From contig CACBFQ010000002.1 in the NCBI GenBank assembly GCA_902538565.1, positions 157,908-221,907 on the forward strand: a stretch of 64,000 bases of DNA, written 5' to 3'. Positions 10,533 to 19,609 of the stretch are shown here, one piece after another. How positions within the stretch are numbered: the first letter of the stretch is position 1; every line of letters starts with the position of its first letter. This stretch comes from an uncultured Fidelibacterota bacterium (GTDB taxonomy: Bacteria > Fidelibacterota > Marinisomatia > Marinisomatales > Marinisomataceae). The notes under the pieces are model-generated. The model saw nothing but the letters and a program-made list of their open reading frames with translations, was not told where the DNA came from and made no database searches. The position numbers and the translations under genes were made by a program.

Positions 10533-13069
10533 TATATTTCCTCCAAAATACTTAAAATTATTTTTTCAACAACTGCTTTTAAATCATCTGCATTCGTATG
10601 AGGTATTCCAGCCATAGCAAAATCCTCTCTACCTCCGCCTCCGCCTTGAAGTTCTAATGCAATAGATTTTACCAAATCTCCAGCTTTTAAATTTTTAGCA
10701 ATTAAGTCATCAGAAATGCCGACAGATATTGTTGTTTTATTTTCAATTTCAGTAAATAAAAATATTATTCCTGAGTCAATCTTATTTTTAATTTTTTTAT
10801 TCAAGCTTTTTAAATCTGAAGCGATTCCTAGCTCAACTTTGCTAAAAAATAAATCAGTTCCATTAATTTCCTTTATTGGTTTACCTACTATTAAATCAAC
10901 ATTTACACTATCAAGTAAAATGGATTGACTTTGCTTTTCTTCTGCTTTCTTCTGCTCTGCTTCTTTTTGTAATCCTAGTTCTTCTGATTTTTCATTTAAA
11001 TACAAATCAACTTGATTATGAGTGATAGCGTTTATTCTTCGAATTCCAGATGAGATTGCTTTATCATACTTAATTTTAAATTTATTAATTTTACCTGTAC
11101 TTGAGACATGGGTTCCTCCACATAATTCTTTAGAAAACTCGCCCATTGTAACTACCCTAACTTGGTCTCCATACTTTTCACCAAACAATGCAGTAGCGCC
11201 CTCTTTTTTAGCCTCTTCCAAACTTTTAATACTTGTTTCAACTGTGATATCTTCATCTATTTTCTGGTTTACAATTAACTCAATAGATTCTAATTCCTTT
11301 GAAGAAATTTTATTTGGATGGGTAATATCAAACCTTAAGTATTCTGGATGAACTAAAGATCCTGCCTGATTTACATGGTTACCTAAAACATCTTTTAACG
11401 ATTGATGAAGTAAGTGGGTTGCTGTATGATTCACTTTAATATTATTTCTTCTATCAACGTCAATCATGCAATCTACAGAAAGATTGTCACCAATACTGCC
11501 ATTTGTTAGTGTGCATATATGTAAAACATAATCTCCATTTTTTTGGGTATCATTGACTCTAGCTGAAAAGTCATCATTCCTTATTATGCCTGTATCGCCA
11601 ATTTGACCTCCAGACTCGGAATAAAAAGGTGTATTTTCTAAAATGATTATTATGTCGTCTCCGCTTTCAGCGTGATTTATAATTTTTGAAGAAGTACTTT
11701 CATTTTCATAACCAACAAAAATCGAATGGCTGTTTTTAGTTTCTAAGTTCCATTTTAAATCAAGATTATCCATTTCAAATTTTTGACCAGATTTAGCTAA
11801 CTCTTTTTGATTTTGCATTTCAACATCAAAACCATCTATATCAACAGTCATCTTTCTTTCTTCAGCCATAAGTTGAGTTAAATCAAGTGGAAATCCATAA
11901 GTATCATATAGCTTAAATGCATCTTTCCCATGTATTTCTGATCCAGATGTACTGCTTACAATTTTTTCAAATTGAATAACTCCATTTTCAAGCGTTCGCA
12001 AGAATGACTGTTCTTCTGAAAGAATAGTTTGCTCAATATATTCTTGTTTTTCTTTTAGCTCTGGATAATGAGAAGACATGGTCGAAACCACTGACTCAAC
12101 CAATTTGTATAGAATCGGTTCTTTAATTTCTAAATTCATAGCAAATTTTGAACCTCTTCTCAGAACTCTTCTCACAACATAACCTCTACCATCATTTGAT
12201 GGAACAACTCCATCAGCAATTGCAAATGAAAGCATTCTTATATGATCACAAATAACATTATATGAAACCTCAAAATCTTGATATTTTGTGTTAGATAAAT
12301 TTTCTAAATCTTCAATCGTTTTTGAAAACAAATCAGTTTTATAATTTGAATCTTTGTTTTGCAATACTGAACAAATTCTTTCAAGTCCAGCACCAGTGTC
12401 AACATGTTTTTTTGGTAAATCCTCCATAGTCCCATCTTTGAGGCGATTAAATTGAATAAATACAAGATTCCATAATTCCCAATACTCTGAAGAATTATTA
12501 ACCAGTTCAGCTTGTTGATCTGATGGATTATTTCCAACATAGTAATGAATTTCAGAACATGGACCACATGGTCCAGTTTCAGCCATTTCCCAAAAATTAT
12601 CCTTTGCACCAGAACGAATTATTCGATTTGAATCTATATCTGTTTGATTTTTCCATAAGTCGAAAGCTTCGTCGTCTTCTTCATAAACAGTAACCCACAA
12701 TCTAGATTTATCTAGTTTCCAAACTTTTGTAAACAATTCCCATGACCATTCAATTGCTTCTTTTTTGTAATAATCACCGAATGACCAATTGCCAAGCATT
12801 TCAAAAAAAGTATGGTGGAATCCGTCTCTTCCAACTTCTTCCAAATCATTGTGCTTTCCACTAACTCTAATGCATTTTTGACTATTTGCTACTCGTAAAT
12901 ATTTAGGTTCTTGTGTATTCAAGAAAATTGCTTTGAACTGATTCATTCCAGCATTTGTAAATAGCAAGGACTTATCTCCAATTGGAAGAACCGGCGCACT
13001 TGGTACACGAGCATGACTTTTACTTTCAAAAAAGCTGATAAATGATTCTCTAATTTGTGAACTTTTCAT
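10532..13069 (-). CDS. alaS: Alanine--tRNA ligase
   Basis: MKSSQIRESFISFFESKSHARVPSAPV N-terminus, the HxxxH...CGGTH editing-domain zinc motif (HTATHLLH ... CGGTHV) and a C-terminal DHHA1-like domain. Start set at the ATG at 13069 rather than the upstream ORF extension. Confidence 0.95.
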   Translation of the reverse strand: MKSSQIRESFISFFESKSHARVPSAPVLPIGDKSLLFTNAGMNQFKAIFLNTQEPKYLRVANSQKCIRVSGKHNDLEEVGRDGFHHTFFEMLGNWSFGDYYKKEAIEWSWELFTKVWKLDKSRLWVTVYEEDDEAFDLWKNQTDIDSNRIIRSGAKDNFWEMAETGPCGPCSEIHYYVGNNPSDQQAELVNNSSEYWELWNLVFIQFNRLKDGTMEDLPKKHVDTGAGLERICSVLQNKDSNYKTDLFSKTIEDLENLSNTKYQDFEVSYNVICDHIRMLSFAIADGVVPSNDGRGYVVRRVLRRGSKFAMNLEIKEPILYKLVESVVSTMSSHYPELKEKQEYIEQTILSEEQSFLRTLENGVIQFEKIVSSTSGSEIHGKDAFKLYDTYGFPLDLTQLMAEERKMTVDIDGFDVEMQNQKELAKSGQKFEMDNLDLKWNLETKNSHSIFVGYENESTSSKIINHAESGDDIIIILENTPFYSESGGQIGDTGIIRNDDFSARVNDTQKNGDYVLHICTLTNGSIGDNLSVDCMIDVDRRNNIKVNHTATHLLHQSLKDVLGNHVNQAGSLVHPEYLRFDITHPNKISSKELESIELIVNQKIDEDITVETSIKSLEEAKKEGATALFGEKYGDQVRVVTMGEFSKELCGGTHVSSTGKINKFKIKYDKAISSGIRRINAITHNQVDLYLNEKSEELGLQKEAEQKKAEEKQSQSILLDSVNVDLIVGKPIKEINGTDLFFSKVELGIASDLKSLNKKIKNKIDSGIIFLFTEIENKTTISVGISDDLIAKNLKAGDLVKSIALELQGGGGGREDFAMAGIPHTNADDLKAVVEKIILSILEEI

Positions 13070-13116
13070 CGATAAAATTGTTTCATATGAATCTAAACAA
13101 ATAATATATTCAATGG

Positions 13117-13719
13117 ATGAGAAATAATCTATTAGTAACAATTTTATTTTTAGCTTCCAGTTCTATTATTCTATCTCAAGATTTAAGAATTAAAAATTTG
13201 CAAATTGAATCAAAAAATAACGGTACAGTTATCCAGCTTGATTCAAACAAGAAAGTAAATCTTGAAAATGTTACTGCTTGGTATTCTTCAGAATGGTTCT
13301 ACATGACAATATATGATGCTAATGCAGATAGCTTATCTTTAGCTAATTACAAAAATGATTCTTTAAAAAATATTGAAATTTCAAATAGCGATGAATCTAC
13401 TCAAATTGCTGTTCAATTATTTTCAGAGATTGAATCTTTTGAAATAAATACTCCGAACAGAAAAACTTTGCAATTTTTCCTTAGAAACAGTCAATTAGTT
13501 GCTAAAAATAGTATTTCTGTGGAAAATAAAATTGATATTGTTGAAACTGAAGAAAAAACGCCAAAAGAAAAAGATATTATCTATGAACAAGAGCAACCAA
13601 GAAATGCTAATAATAAATTGATAGTCATTGCTGGCTTGATTGTTTCTGCTATAGATATTTCAAACTCAACATCTTTTTCAGCTGGAGCATTAATAGCAAT
13701 TATTGCGAATTTCTTATAA
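13117..13719 (+). CDS. Hypothetical secreted/anchored protein
   Basis: N-terminal signal-like segment (LLVTILFLASSSIILSQ), a polar Asn/Ser/Glu-rich body and a C-terminal hydrophobic segment. No family recognised. Confidence 0.5.
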   Translation: MRNNLLVTILFLASSSIILSQDLRIKNLQIESKNNGTVIQLDSNKKVNLENVTAWYSSEWFYMTIYDANADSLSLANYKNDSLKNIEISNSDESTQIAVQLFSEIESFEINTPNRKTLQFFLRNSQLVAKNSISVENKIDIVETEEKTPKEKDIIYEQEQPRNANNKLIVIAGLIVSAIDISNSTSFSAGALIAIIANFL

Positions 13720-13720
13720 A

Positions 13721-14665
13721 CTAAAGCTCAAGAAATTTGTCAGTGTATTCAAGTAGTTTATTTTTAATACCTTCTTCATAAATTGAATGTCCTGCGTCAG
13801 GAATAATATGTAAATCTGCTTCCGGCCATGCTTTATGTAAATCCCAAGCTTGAATAACAGGACAAATTATATCATATCTTCCATGAACTATTACTGCTGG
13901 AATATGTCTTATTTTATCAACATTCTCGATTAAATAATTTTCAGTTGGAAGCCAACAATTGTTCATAAAATAATGGCATTCAATTCTAGCAAACGCTTCA
14001 GCAAATTTTGCATCACCAAAATCAGATATAAAATCATCATTTAAGATTAGCCTTACAGAACTTCCCTCCCATGTGCTCCAGGCTTTTGCTGCTTCAATCT
14101 TCTTTTTATGATCATCGCCAGTTAAAATTTCATAATATGCATTTAATAAATTATCTCTTTTATTTTCTGGAATTGGTGCTAAATAAGATTCCCATTTATC
14201 TGGATAGATGTTGCTTGCCCCATATTGATAAAACCAATCAATTTCTTTCTTACGAACTAAAAAAATGCCTCTTAAAATTAGACCTTTGCACGCATTAGGA
14301 TGTTTTTGACTATATGCCAAAGATAAAGTGCTTCCCCAACTTCCCCCAAAGACTACCCATTGATCAATTTGAAGATGGTCTCTTATCTTTTCTATGTCTG
14401 CCACCAAATCCCATGTAGTATTCTCTTCAAGTTCTGCAAAAGGCATGCTTTTACCGCAACCTCTTTGGTCAAACATAATTATTCTCCACTCATCTGGATT
14501 AAAATATTGTCTATAAGAAGAACTAATTCCACCTCCAGGTCCTCCGTGAAGAAAAATTACCGGTTTTCCATTTTTATTACCTGATTCTTCAACAAAAATT
14601 GTATGTAATTCAGATACTTTTAGCTTGAAAGAATTGAAGACTTTTGCTTTGGGGTATAATTGCAT
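13721..14665 (-). CDS. pip: Proline iminopeptidase (prolyl aminopeptidase, S33)
   Basis: FLHGGPGGG, nucleophile elbow GGSWGSTLSLAY and C-terminal PDAGHS. Confidence 0.9.
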   Translation of the reverse strand: MQLYPKAKVFNSFKLKVSELHTIFVEESGNKNGKPVIFLHGGPGGGISSSYRQYFNPDEWRIIMFDQRGCGKSMPFAELEENTTWDLVADIEKIRDHLQIDQWVVFGGSWGSTLSLAYSQKHPNACKGLILRGIFLVRKKEIDWFYQYGASNIYPDKWESYLAPIPENKRDNLLNAYYEILTGDDHKKKIEAAKAWSTWEGSSVRLILNDDFISDFGDAKFAEAFARIECHYFMNNCWLPTENYLIENVDKIRHIPAVIVHGRYDIICPVIQAWDLHKAWPEADLHIIPDAGHSIYEEGIKNKLLEYTDKFLEL

Positions 14666-14754
14666 TTTCTAATTTAATAAAAAAATTTTTTTAATATGAA
14701 TAAAGTTCTTGATGAATGTTCTAAAATGCGTAATTTTACGTCGATTTCACTGCT

Positions 14755-15876
14755 ATGAAAATTGGAATTTTAAAAGAACACAAATCTGAAGAAAAAAGAG
14801 TGGCCATCGTGCCCTCTACTGTTTCTGCATTATCTAAAAAAGGATATGAATTTTTTCTGGTATCTGATTCAGGATTATTATCGAACTATTCTGATAATGA
14901 CTACAAAGAGGCAGGAGCTAAAATTGTAAGCCAAAACGAAGTTTTTGATTGTGACATTGTTTGTAAAGTAAATGCTCCATCAGATGAGGAAGTGTCACTT
15001 TTAAAATCAGGAACACTTTTTATCTCTTTATTACAGACAATTAAAGAAATTGATTGTGTAAAGAAATTAGCAGATAAAAAAGTGTCTGCATTTTCTTTAA
15101 ACCTGCTTCCAAGAACTACTTTAGCACAAAAAATGGATGTACTTAGCTCTCAAGCTAACATTGCAGGTTATAAAGCAGTTTTAATTGGTTCGAATCATAT
15201 TGGAAAATATATGCCACTTTTAATGACTGCTGCTGGAACAATTTCTCCTGCAAGAACTTTAGTAATTGGTGCTGGAGTTGCTGGATTACAAGCGATTGCA
15301 ACTGCTAAAAGATTGGGATCTCAAGTAGAAGCATTTGATGTAAGACCTGAAGTAAAAGAACAGGTTGAAAGCTTAGGTGCAAAATTTATCGAAGTTGAAA
15401 GCAATTCAGACGATGGTGTTGGTTCTGGCGGTTATGCATCAGAAACCAGCGATGAATACAAAGCAAAACAACAAGAATTAATGAAAGAAAGAGTTGGAAA
15501 GTCAGATATTGTTATTACAACTGCATTGATTCCAAATAGACCTGCACCGATGTTAATACCAAAAAGCATGGTTGAAACTATGGCTCCTGGTTCAGTTATT
15601 ATGGATTTAGCTTCTGAAAATGGTGGTAACTGTGAATTAACTCAAGAAAATGAAATAGTTAATCACAATGGAGTTCTAATAGATGGTAATTCAAACTTAC
15701 CAAGCACAATGGCATATCACTCGAGCCAACTTTTCTCAAAGAATATTGAGGCTATCATTGATCACTGCCATTCAGAAGAAGGATTTAAACTTGATAAAGA
15801 AGACGAGATAATTGATGGAATGCTATTTATTGAAAATGGTGAAGTTCGACATCAACCAACGAAGGAGTCAATGTAA
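14755..15876 (+). CDS. pntAA: NAD(P) transhydrogenase subunit alpha, part 1
   Basis: Alanine dehydrogenase/PNT fold with VIGAGVAGLQAIATAKRLG. Followed by pntAB and pntB. Confidence 0.9.
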   Translation: MKIGILKEHKSEEKRVAIVPSTVSALSKKGYEFFLVSDSGLLSNYSDNDYKEAGAKIVSQNEVFDCDIVCKVNAPSDEEVSLLKSGTLFISLLQTIKEIDCVKKLADKKVSAFSLNLLPRTTLAQKMDVLSSQANIAGYKAVLIGSNHIGKYMPLLMTAAGTISPARTLVIGAGVAGLQAIATAKRLGSQVEAFDVRPEVKEQVESLGAKFIEVESNSDDGVGSGGYASETSDEYKAKQQELMKERVGKSDIVITTALIPNRPAPMLIPKSMVETMAPGSVIMDLASENGGNCELTQENEIVNHNGVLIDGNSNLPSTMAYHSSQLFSKNIEAIIDHCHSEEGFKLDKEDEIIDGMLFIENGEVRHQPTKESM

Positions 15877-16157
15877 TGCAAATTGATATTGTTAGCTTGA
15901 TTACTATTTTTATTCTTGCAGTATTTGTTGGAAATGAAATTATAAACAAAGTTCCACCTACATTACATACACCTTTAATGTCTGGTTCAAATGCTATCTC
16001 AGGAATTGCTATTGTTGGTGCAATTTTAGCGATATTAGCAGATGCAGGTGATGCAAGTAAATATATTGGTTTAGCTGCTTTAATTTGTGCAACTATTAAT
16101 GTTGTTGGCGGCTTTCTTGTTACAGATAGAATGTTAAAAATGTTTAAAAAGAAGTAA
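15876..16157 (+). CDS. pntAB: NAD(P) transhydrogenase subunit alpha, part 2 (membrane)
   Basis: 93-aa three-TM protein (HTPLMSGSNAISGI) with a 1-nt TAATG overlap with pntAA. Confidence 0.85.
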   Translation: MQIDIVSLITIFILAVFVGNEIINKVPPTLHTPLMSGSNAISGIAIVGAILAILADAGDASKYIGLAALICATINVVGGFLVTDRMLKMFKKK

Positions 16158-16162
16158 AAAAA

Positions 16163-17554
16163 ATGGAAGCTATTCAAATAACAAACATCCTTTATTTAAT
16201 TTCTGCAGTAGCCTTTATTTTAGGTATAAAAAGATTATCGCATCCTAAAACTGCTAGAAGTGGAAACTTATTATCTTCATTAGGAATGTTAATAGCTATT
16301 ATAGCGACATTAACATATCCAGGAAAAGAATTTGACTTTACCTTGATACTTGCAGGAGTAGGAATCGGAGCAGTTATTGGAGCAATCTTTGCAACAAGAG
16401 TTCAAATGACTGAAATGCCTCAAATGGTTGCAATTTTCAATGGTCTTGGTGGAGCAGCATCTGCTTTTGTTGCTTCTTCAGAATTTTTATCATCACCAAA
16501 TAGCCCATTTATCATTGTATGTTTAAGTGTTTTTATTGGATCATTGACTTTTACTGGCAGTTTTGTTGCATTTGGAAAACTTCAAGGATTTATATCAGGA
16601 AGAGCTATTACATTTAAAGGTCAACAAGCTATCAATGCTGTCATTGCTCTGCTTTCAGTTTCCTTAATACTTGCACCTGGTTTATTTTTTGATTCATCAA
16701 TGTACAATGGTTATTTAAATGCATTTTTTGTTATTATTGTTCTTGCATTAATTCTTGGTGTTGGACTTACAATTCCTATTGGTGGTGCAGATATGCCAGT
16801 TGTTATCTCACTTCTTAACTCATATTCTGGAATTGCTGCGGCAGCTACAGGATTTTTAATTAGTAACAATGCACTTATTATCAGTGGATCTCTTGTTGGA
16901 GCTTCAGGACTGATTTTAACAAACATTATGTGCAAAGGAATGAATCGTTCTCTTGCAAACGTAATATTTGGTGCAGTTGGAGCTGAGTCTGAAGGCGGCG
17001 GAAGCTCAGATGGAAAAGAAATGAATATTAAGAGCTATTCAACAACCGAAGCGGCTATGATTTTAGATGCTGCAGAAAAAATTATTATTGTTCCAGGATA
17101 TGGACTTGCAGTTGCTCAAGCACAACACGTTGCCAGAGAAGTAGCAGAATCTCTTGAAGCTATGGGTAAAACAGTTTTGTATGCAATTCACCCAGTTGCT
17201 GGAAGAATGCCTGGACACATGAATGTTTTGCTAGCTGAGGCAAATGTTTCTTATGACGTTTTAAAAGATTTAGATGAAATTAATCCAGAATTTGAAGATT
17301 GTGATGTAGCACTTATTCTTGGCGCAAATGATGTAGTAAATCCAGCAGCTAGACACGATCAATCTAGTCCTATTTATGGTATGCCTATTTTGAATGTAGA
17401 TAAATCAAGAACGGTAATTATTAATAAAAGAAGTATGAATCCAGGTTTTGCTGGAGTGCAAAATGAATTATTTGGATATGATAATTCTATTATGGTTTTT
17501 GGTGATGCAAAAGATATGCTAAATGATTTACTTAAAGAAGTAAAAGAATTATAA
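16163..17554 (+). CDS. pntB: NAD(P) transhydrogenase subunit beta
   Basis: Polytopic N-terminal half and a C-terminal dIII domain (PGYGLAVAQAQH...HPVAGRMPGHMNVLLAEA...GANDVVNP). Confidence 0.95.
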   Translation: MEAIQITNILYLISAVAFILGIKRLSHPKTARSGNLLSSLGMLIAIIATLTYPGKEFDFTLILAGVGIGAVIGAIFATRVQMTEMPQMVAIFNGLGGAASAFVASSEFLSSPNSPFIIVCLSVFIGSLTFTGSFVAFGKLQGFISGRAITFKGQQAINAVIALLSVSLILAPGLFFDSSMYNGYLNAFFVIIVLALILGVGLTIPIGGADMPVVISLLNSYSGIAAAATGFLISNNALIISGSLVGASGLILTNIMCKGMNRSLANVIFGAVGAESEGGGSSDGKEMNIKSYSTTEAAMILDAAEKIIIVPGYGLAVAQAQHVAREVAESLEAMGKTVLYAIHPVAGRMPGHMNVLLAEANVSYDVLKDLDEINPEFEDCDVALILGANDVVNPAARHDQSSPIYGMPILNVDKSRTVIINKRSMNPGFAGVQNELFGYDNSIMVFGDAKDMLNDLLKEVKEL

Positions 17555-17573
17555 ACTTCTTTTATTTTTTTTT
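17535..17573 (+). terminator. Weak candidate intrinsic terminator after pntB
   Basis: AAGAAGT (17535-17541) pairs with ACTTCTT (17555-17561) and is followed by a T-run. The stem is A/T-rich, the loop is 13 nt, and it overlaps the pntB stop codon. Confidence 0.3.
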
Positions 17574-17585
17574 CTATATTAAATC

Positions 17586-18077
17586 ATGTCAAAATCAACT
17601 CTCTATGATATCGCAAATGAATTTGAAAAATCTTTAGATAACTTATTAGATCATGATGATTCAGATTTAATAAAAGAAATAGAATCGATTGAGGGTGAAT
17701 TCAAATCAAAATCAGCTAACGTAGCTAAATATATCCGAAATCTTGAGCATTTGGCTTTAGGTATTAAGGAGATAGAAAGTAATCAAAAACATCGCAGAAA
17801 CTCTTTGGAAAAGAAAATTACAAGATTAAAAGATTATCTGAGAATTAATTTCGAAAAAACTAATACTGAAAAGATTGAAAGCGATGACATAGTTATTGCT
17901 ATGTATAAAAATCCTTTGAAAGTAAATATCATAGATGAAGAAAAAATACCTGAAGAATTCTTTCAAGTAAAAGAAACTAAATTATTGAACAAAGATAAAA
18001 TAAAAGAATCATTAAAGAATGGTGAGGATATCCCGGGATGCGAACTAGTTCAAGAAAAGAGAATAAGCATTAAATAA
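17586..18077 (+). CDS. Siphovirus Gp157-like protein (phage recombination-module accessory family)
   Basis: N-terminal coiled coil (STLYDIANEFEKSLDNL...IESIEGEFKSKSANVAKYIRNLE). The C-terminus KNPLKVNIIDEEKIPEEFFQ...NKDKIKESLKNGEDIPGCELVQEKRISIK follows the Gp157 pattern as I remember it. Confidence 0.65.
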   Translation: MSKSTLYDIANEFEKSLDNLLDHDDSDLIKEIESIEGEFKSKSANVAKYIRNLEHLALGIKEIESNQKHRRNSLEKKITRLKDYLRINFEKTNTEKIESDDIVIAMYKNPLKVNIIDEEKIPEEFFQVKETKLLNKDKIKESLKNGEDIPGCELVQEKRISIK

Positions 18078-18083
18078 ATTATT

Positions 18084-18674
18084 ATGAAATTTTTAGCAAA
18101 AAATAGGATGTATTTTTTAAGAGTCTCTATTTTATTTCTTATTATTTTATCAGTTACAAATAATGACTTTAGAGCCTATACTCTTGAAATAACCGCTATC
18201 GAATCATTACAAATGAGTATTTTAGGCTTTGTACTGGTTGTTTTTGGTTCATTTGGTAGAATTTGGGCTTCATTATATATTGAAGGCAATAAAACAAAAA
18301 ATCTTATTACTGCTGGACCTTTTTCAATGGTAAGAAATCCATTATACTTTTTTAGTTTAATAATGTTATTAGGTTTTAGTATAGCATTAAAAGCTATTTA
18401 TCTTCCTTTGGCTCTCCTATTAATTTTTATTTTATTTCACGTACCAACTATTGCCAATGAAGAAAGAAAACTTAGGAAAAATCATGGAGATAAATTTGAA
18501 AGTTATATGAAATCTACTCCTAGATTAATTCCAAATATTTTTAAGTACAAAAGACCAAAAACTGAGGAAAAAGTATTAGTTAAAATTAGCAGAATAAATG
18601 GTGTACTTATTGAAGTAATTGGATATTTATTTCTATATACTCTTATTGATATAATATATTTTATTTTAGATTAA
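18084..18674 (+). CDS. ICMT/PEMT-family membrane methyltransferase
   Basis: Polytopic protein with ITAGPFSMVRNPLYFFSLIMLLG and a downstream EERKLRKNHGDKFESY motif, typical of isoprenylcysteine/phospholipid methyltransferase-like proteins. Confidence 0.7.
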   Translation: MKFLAKNRMYFLRVSILFLIILSVTNNDFRAYTLEITAIESLQMSILGFVLVVFGSFGRIWASLYIEGNKTKNLITAGPFSMVRNPLYFFSLIMLLGFSIALKAIYLPLALLLIFILFHVPTIANEERKLRKNHGDKFESYMKSTPRLIPNIFKYKRPKTEEKVLVKISRINGVLIEVIGYLFLYTLIDIIYFILD

Positions 18675-19382
18675 TTCTTTTTCACGAAGCATATTTATTA
18701 GATCTTCGCTTTTGTACTCTATATTAAAGATTTCATAGGTATTATTTTCTTTTAAATGAAATAAAGTTTGGCTACCCACCTCTAATCCATAGTAACGTTC
18801 AAGAATATATCTATAAAATGATAGTTGTAAAGAATAATGCATAAAATTACAATCGTCTAAATGTTTTGATGATGAAAGTATTCCTTTCTTGTTCCTAAAT
18901 GAATTTTTATTAATTCTTTTATTAGTTTTCCAGTCAACTAAATGATACATATTTTGTTCACTATTGTAGACAAGTAAGTCAATTGTTCCTGCTATTCCTA
19001 ATTCTTTTGAATAGACTATAACTTCTGAAAAAAATGAGTTGTCCTCATTTTTTTGTTTCTCTTTTAACCATCTTACACCAGTAATTGACATTTTATGTTT
19101 TGGATCAATATTTTCTTTAACATACATCTCTAATTCATTATGGACTATTGTACCTCTCTCTGCGCCTTTACCCCACTCTTTAAGTACTTCATTTAACGTT
19201 TTGCCGCTATACTTTGGGTTAGTATTTATCAACTTGGTAGCTACTGTTTCTTGATCAAACTTTTCAAAAAAGAAATGGATGAACTCTGTAACGCTTAAAA
19301 ATTTGAATTCAGGACTACTATTAAGAATATATTTATGATTTTCTTGATCTAAAGTAATATCGTTTTTGAATAATTCATTCAT
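18666..19382 (-). CDS. PD-(D/E)XK (RecB/Cas4-like) nuclease family protein, phage-type
   Basis: Motifs GTIVHNELEMY, GTIDLLVY...HLVDWKT (D...D-x-K) and YSLQLSFYRYILE (QxxxY). No Cys cluster. Confidence 0.7.
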   Translation of the reverse strand: MNELFKNDITLDQENHKYILNSSPEFKFLSVTEFIHFFFEKFDQETVATKLINTNPKYSGKTLNEVLKEWGKGAERGTIVHNELEMYVKENIDPKHKMSITGVRWLKEKQKNEDNSFFSEVIVYSKELGIAGTIDLLVYNSEQNMYHLVDWKTNKRINKNSFRNKKGILSSSKHLDDCNFMHYSLQLSFYRYILERYYGLEVGSQTLFHLKENNTYEIFNIEYKSEDLINMLREKELI

Positions 19383-19384
19383 TC

Positions 19385-19609
19385 TTAACCTTCATGTAAA
19401 ACATCTTTATTTTTAGAACCTCGGAGCTTATTAACTCTTCTTCTAGTAACTCTTCTCTGATAAAAACCAAGCGACCACCCTAAAAGCAATAAAATTGGAA
19501 TTATAGCTCGATCAGGGGTATCAGATTTTATTGTAAAGTATAAAAGTAGCAATGCAGTTATCAATTGTATCGAAAACTGAACTGAATTAATCGCTTTCAG
19601 CTTATTCAT
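19385..19609 (-). CDS. Hypothetical small two-TM protein with basic tail
   Basis: 74-aa ORF. Its start overlaps the pepA stop by 1 nt and it ends 2 nt before the nuclease gene. No family recognised. Confidence 0.4.
   Translation of the reverse strand: MNKLKAINSVQFSIQLITALLLLYFTIKSDTPDRAIIPILLLLGWSLGFYQRRVTRRRVNKLRGSKNKDVLHEG

Noticed and set aside
12304-12609. Same-strand, alternative-frame ORFs inside alaS (12304-12609), the kinase gene (33674-33865), the MATE gene (37179-37379) and the M43 protease gene (44863-45162).
   Set aside because: They are embedded in conserved coding frames and have no start context or recognisable sequence. I treat them as chance ORFs.
17586-19609. A complete prophage or a phage-inducible island.
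   Set aside because: Only two virus-hallmark genes are present. There is no integrase, capsid, portal, terminase or tRNA attachment site, and I found no flanking direct repeats. It is reported as a small islet rather than a prophage.
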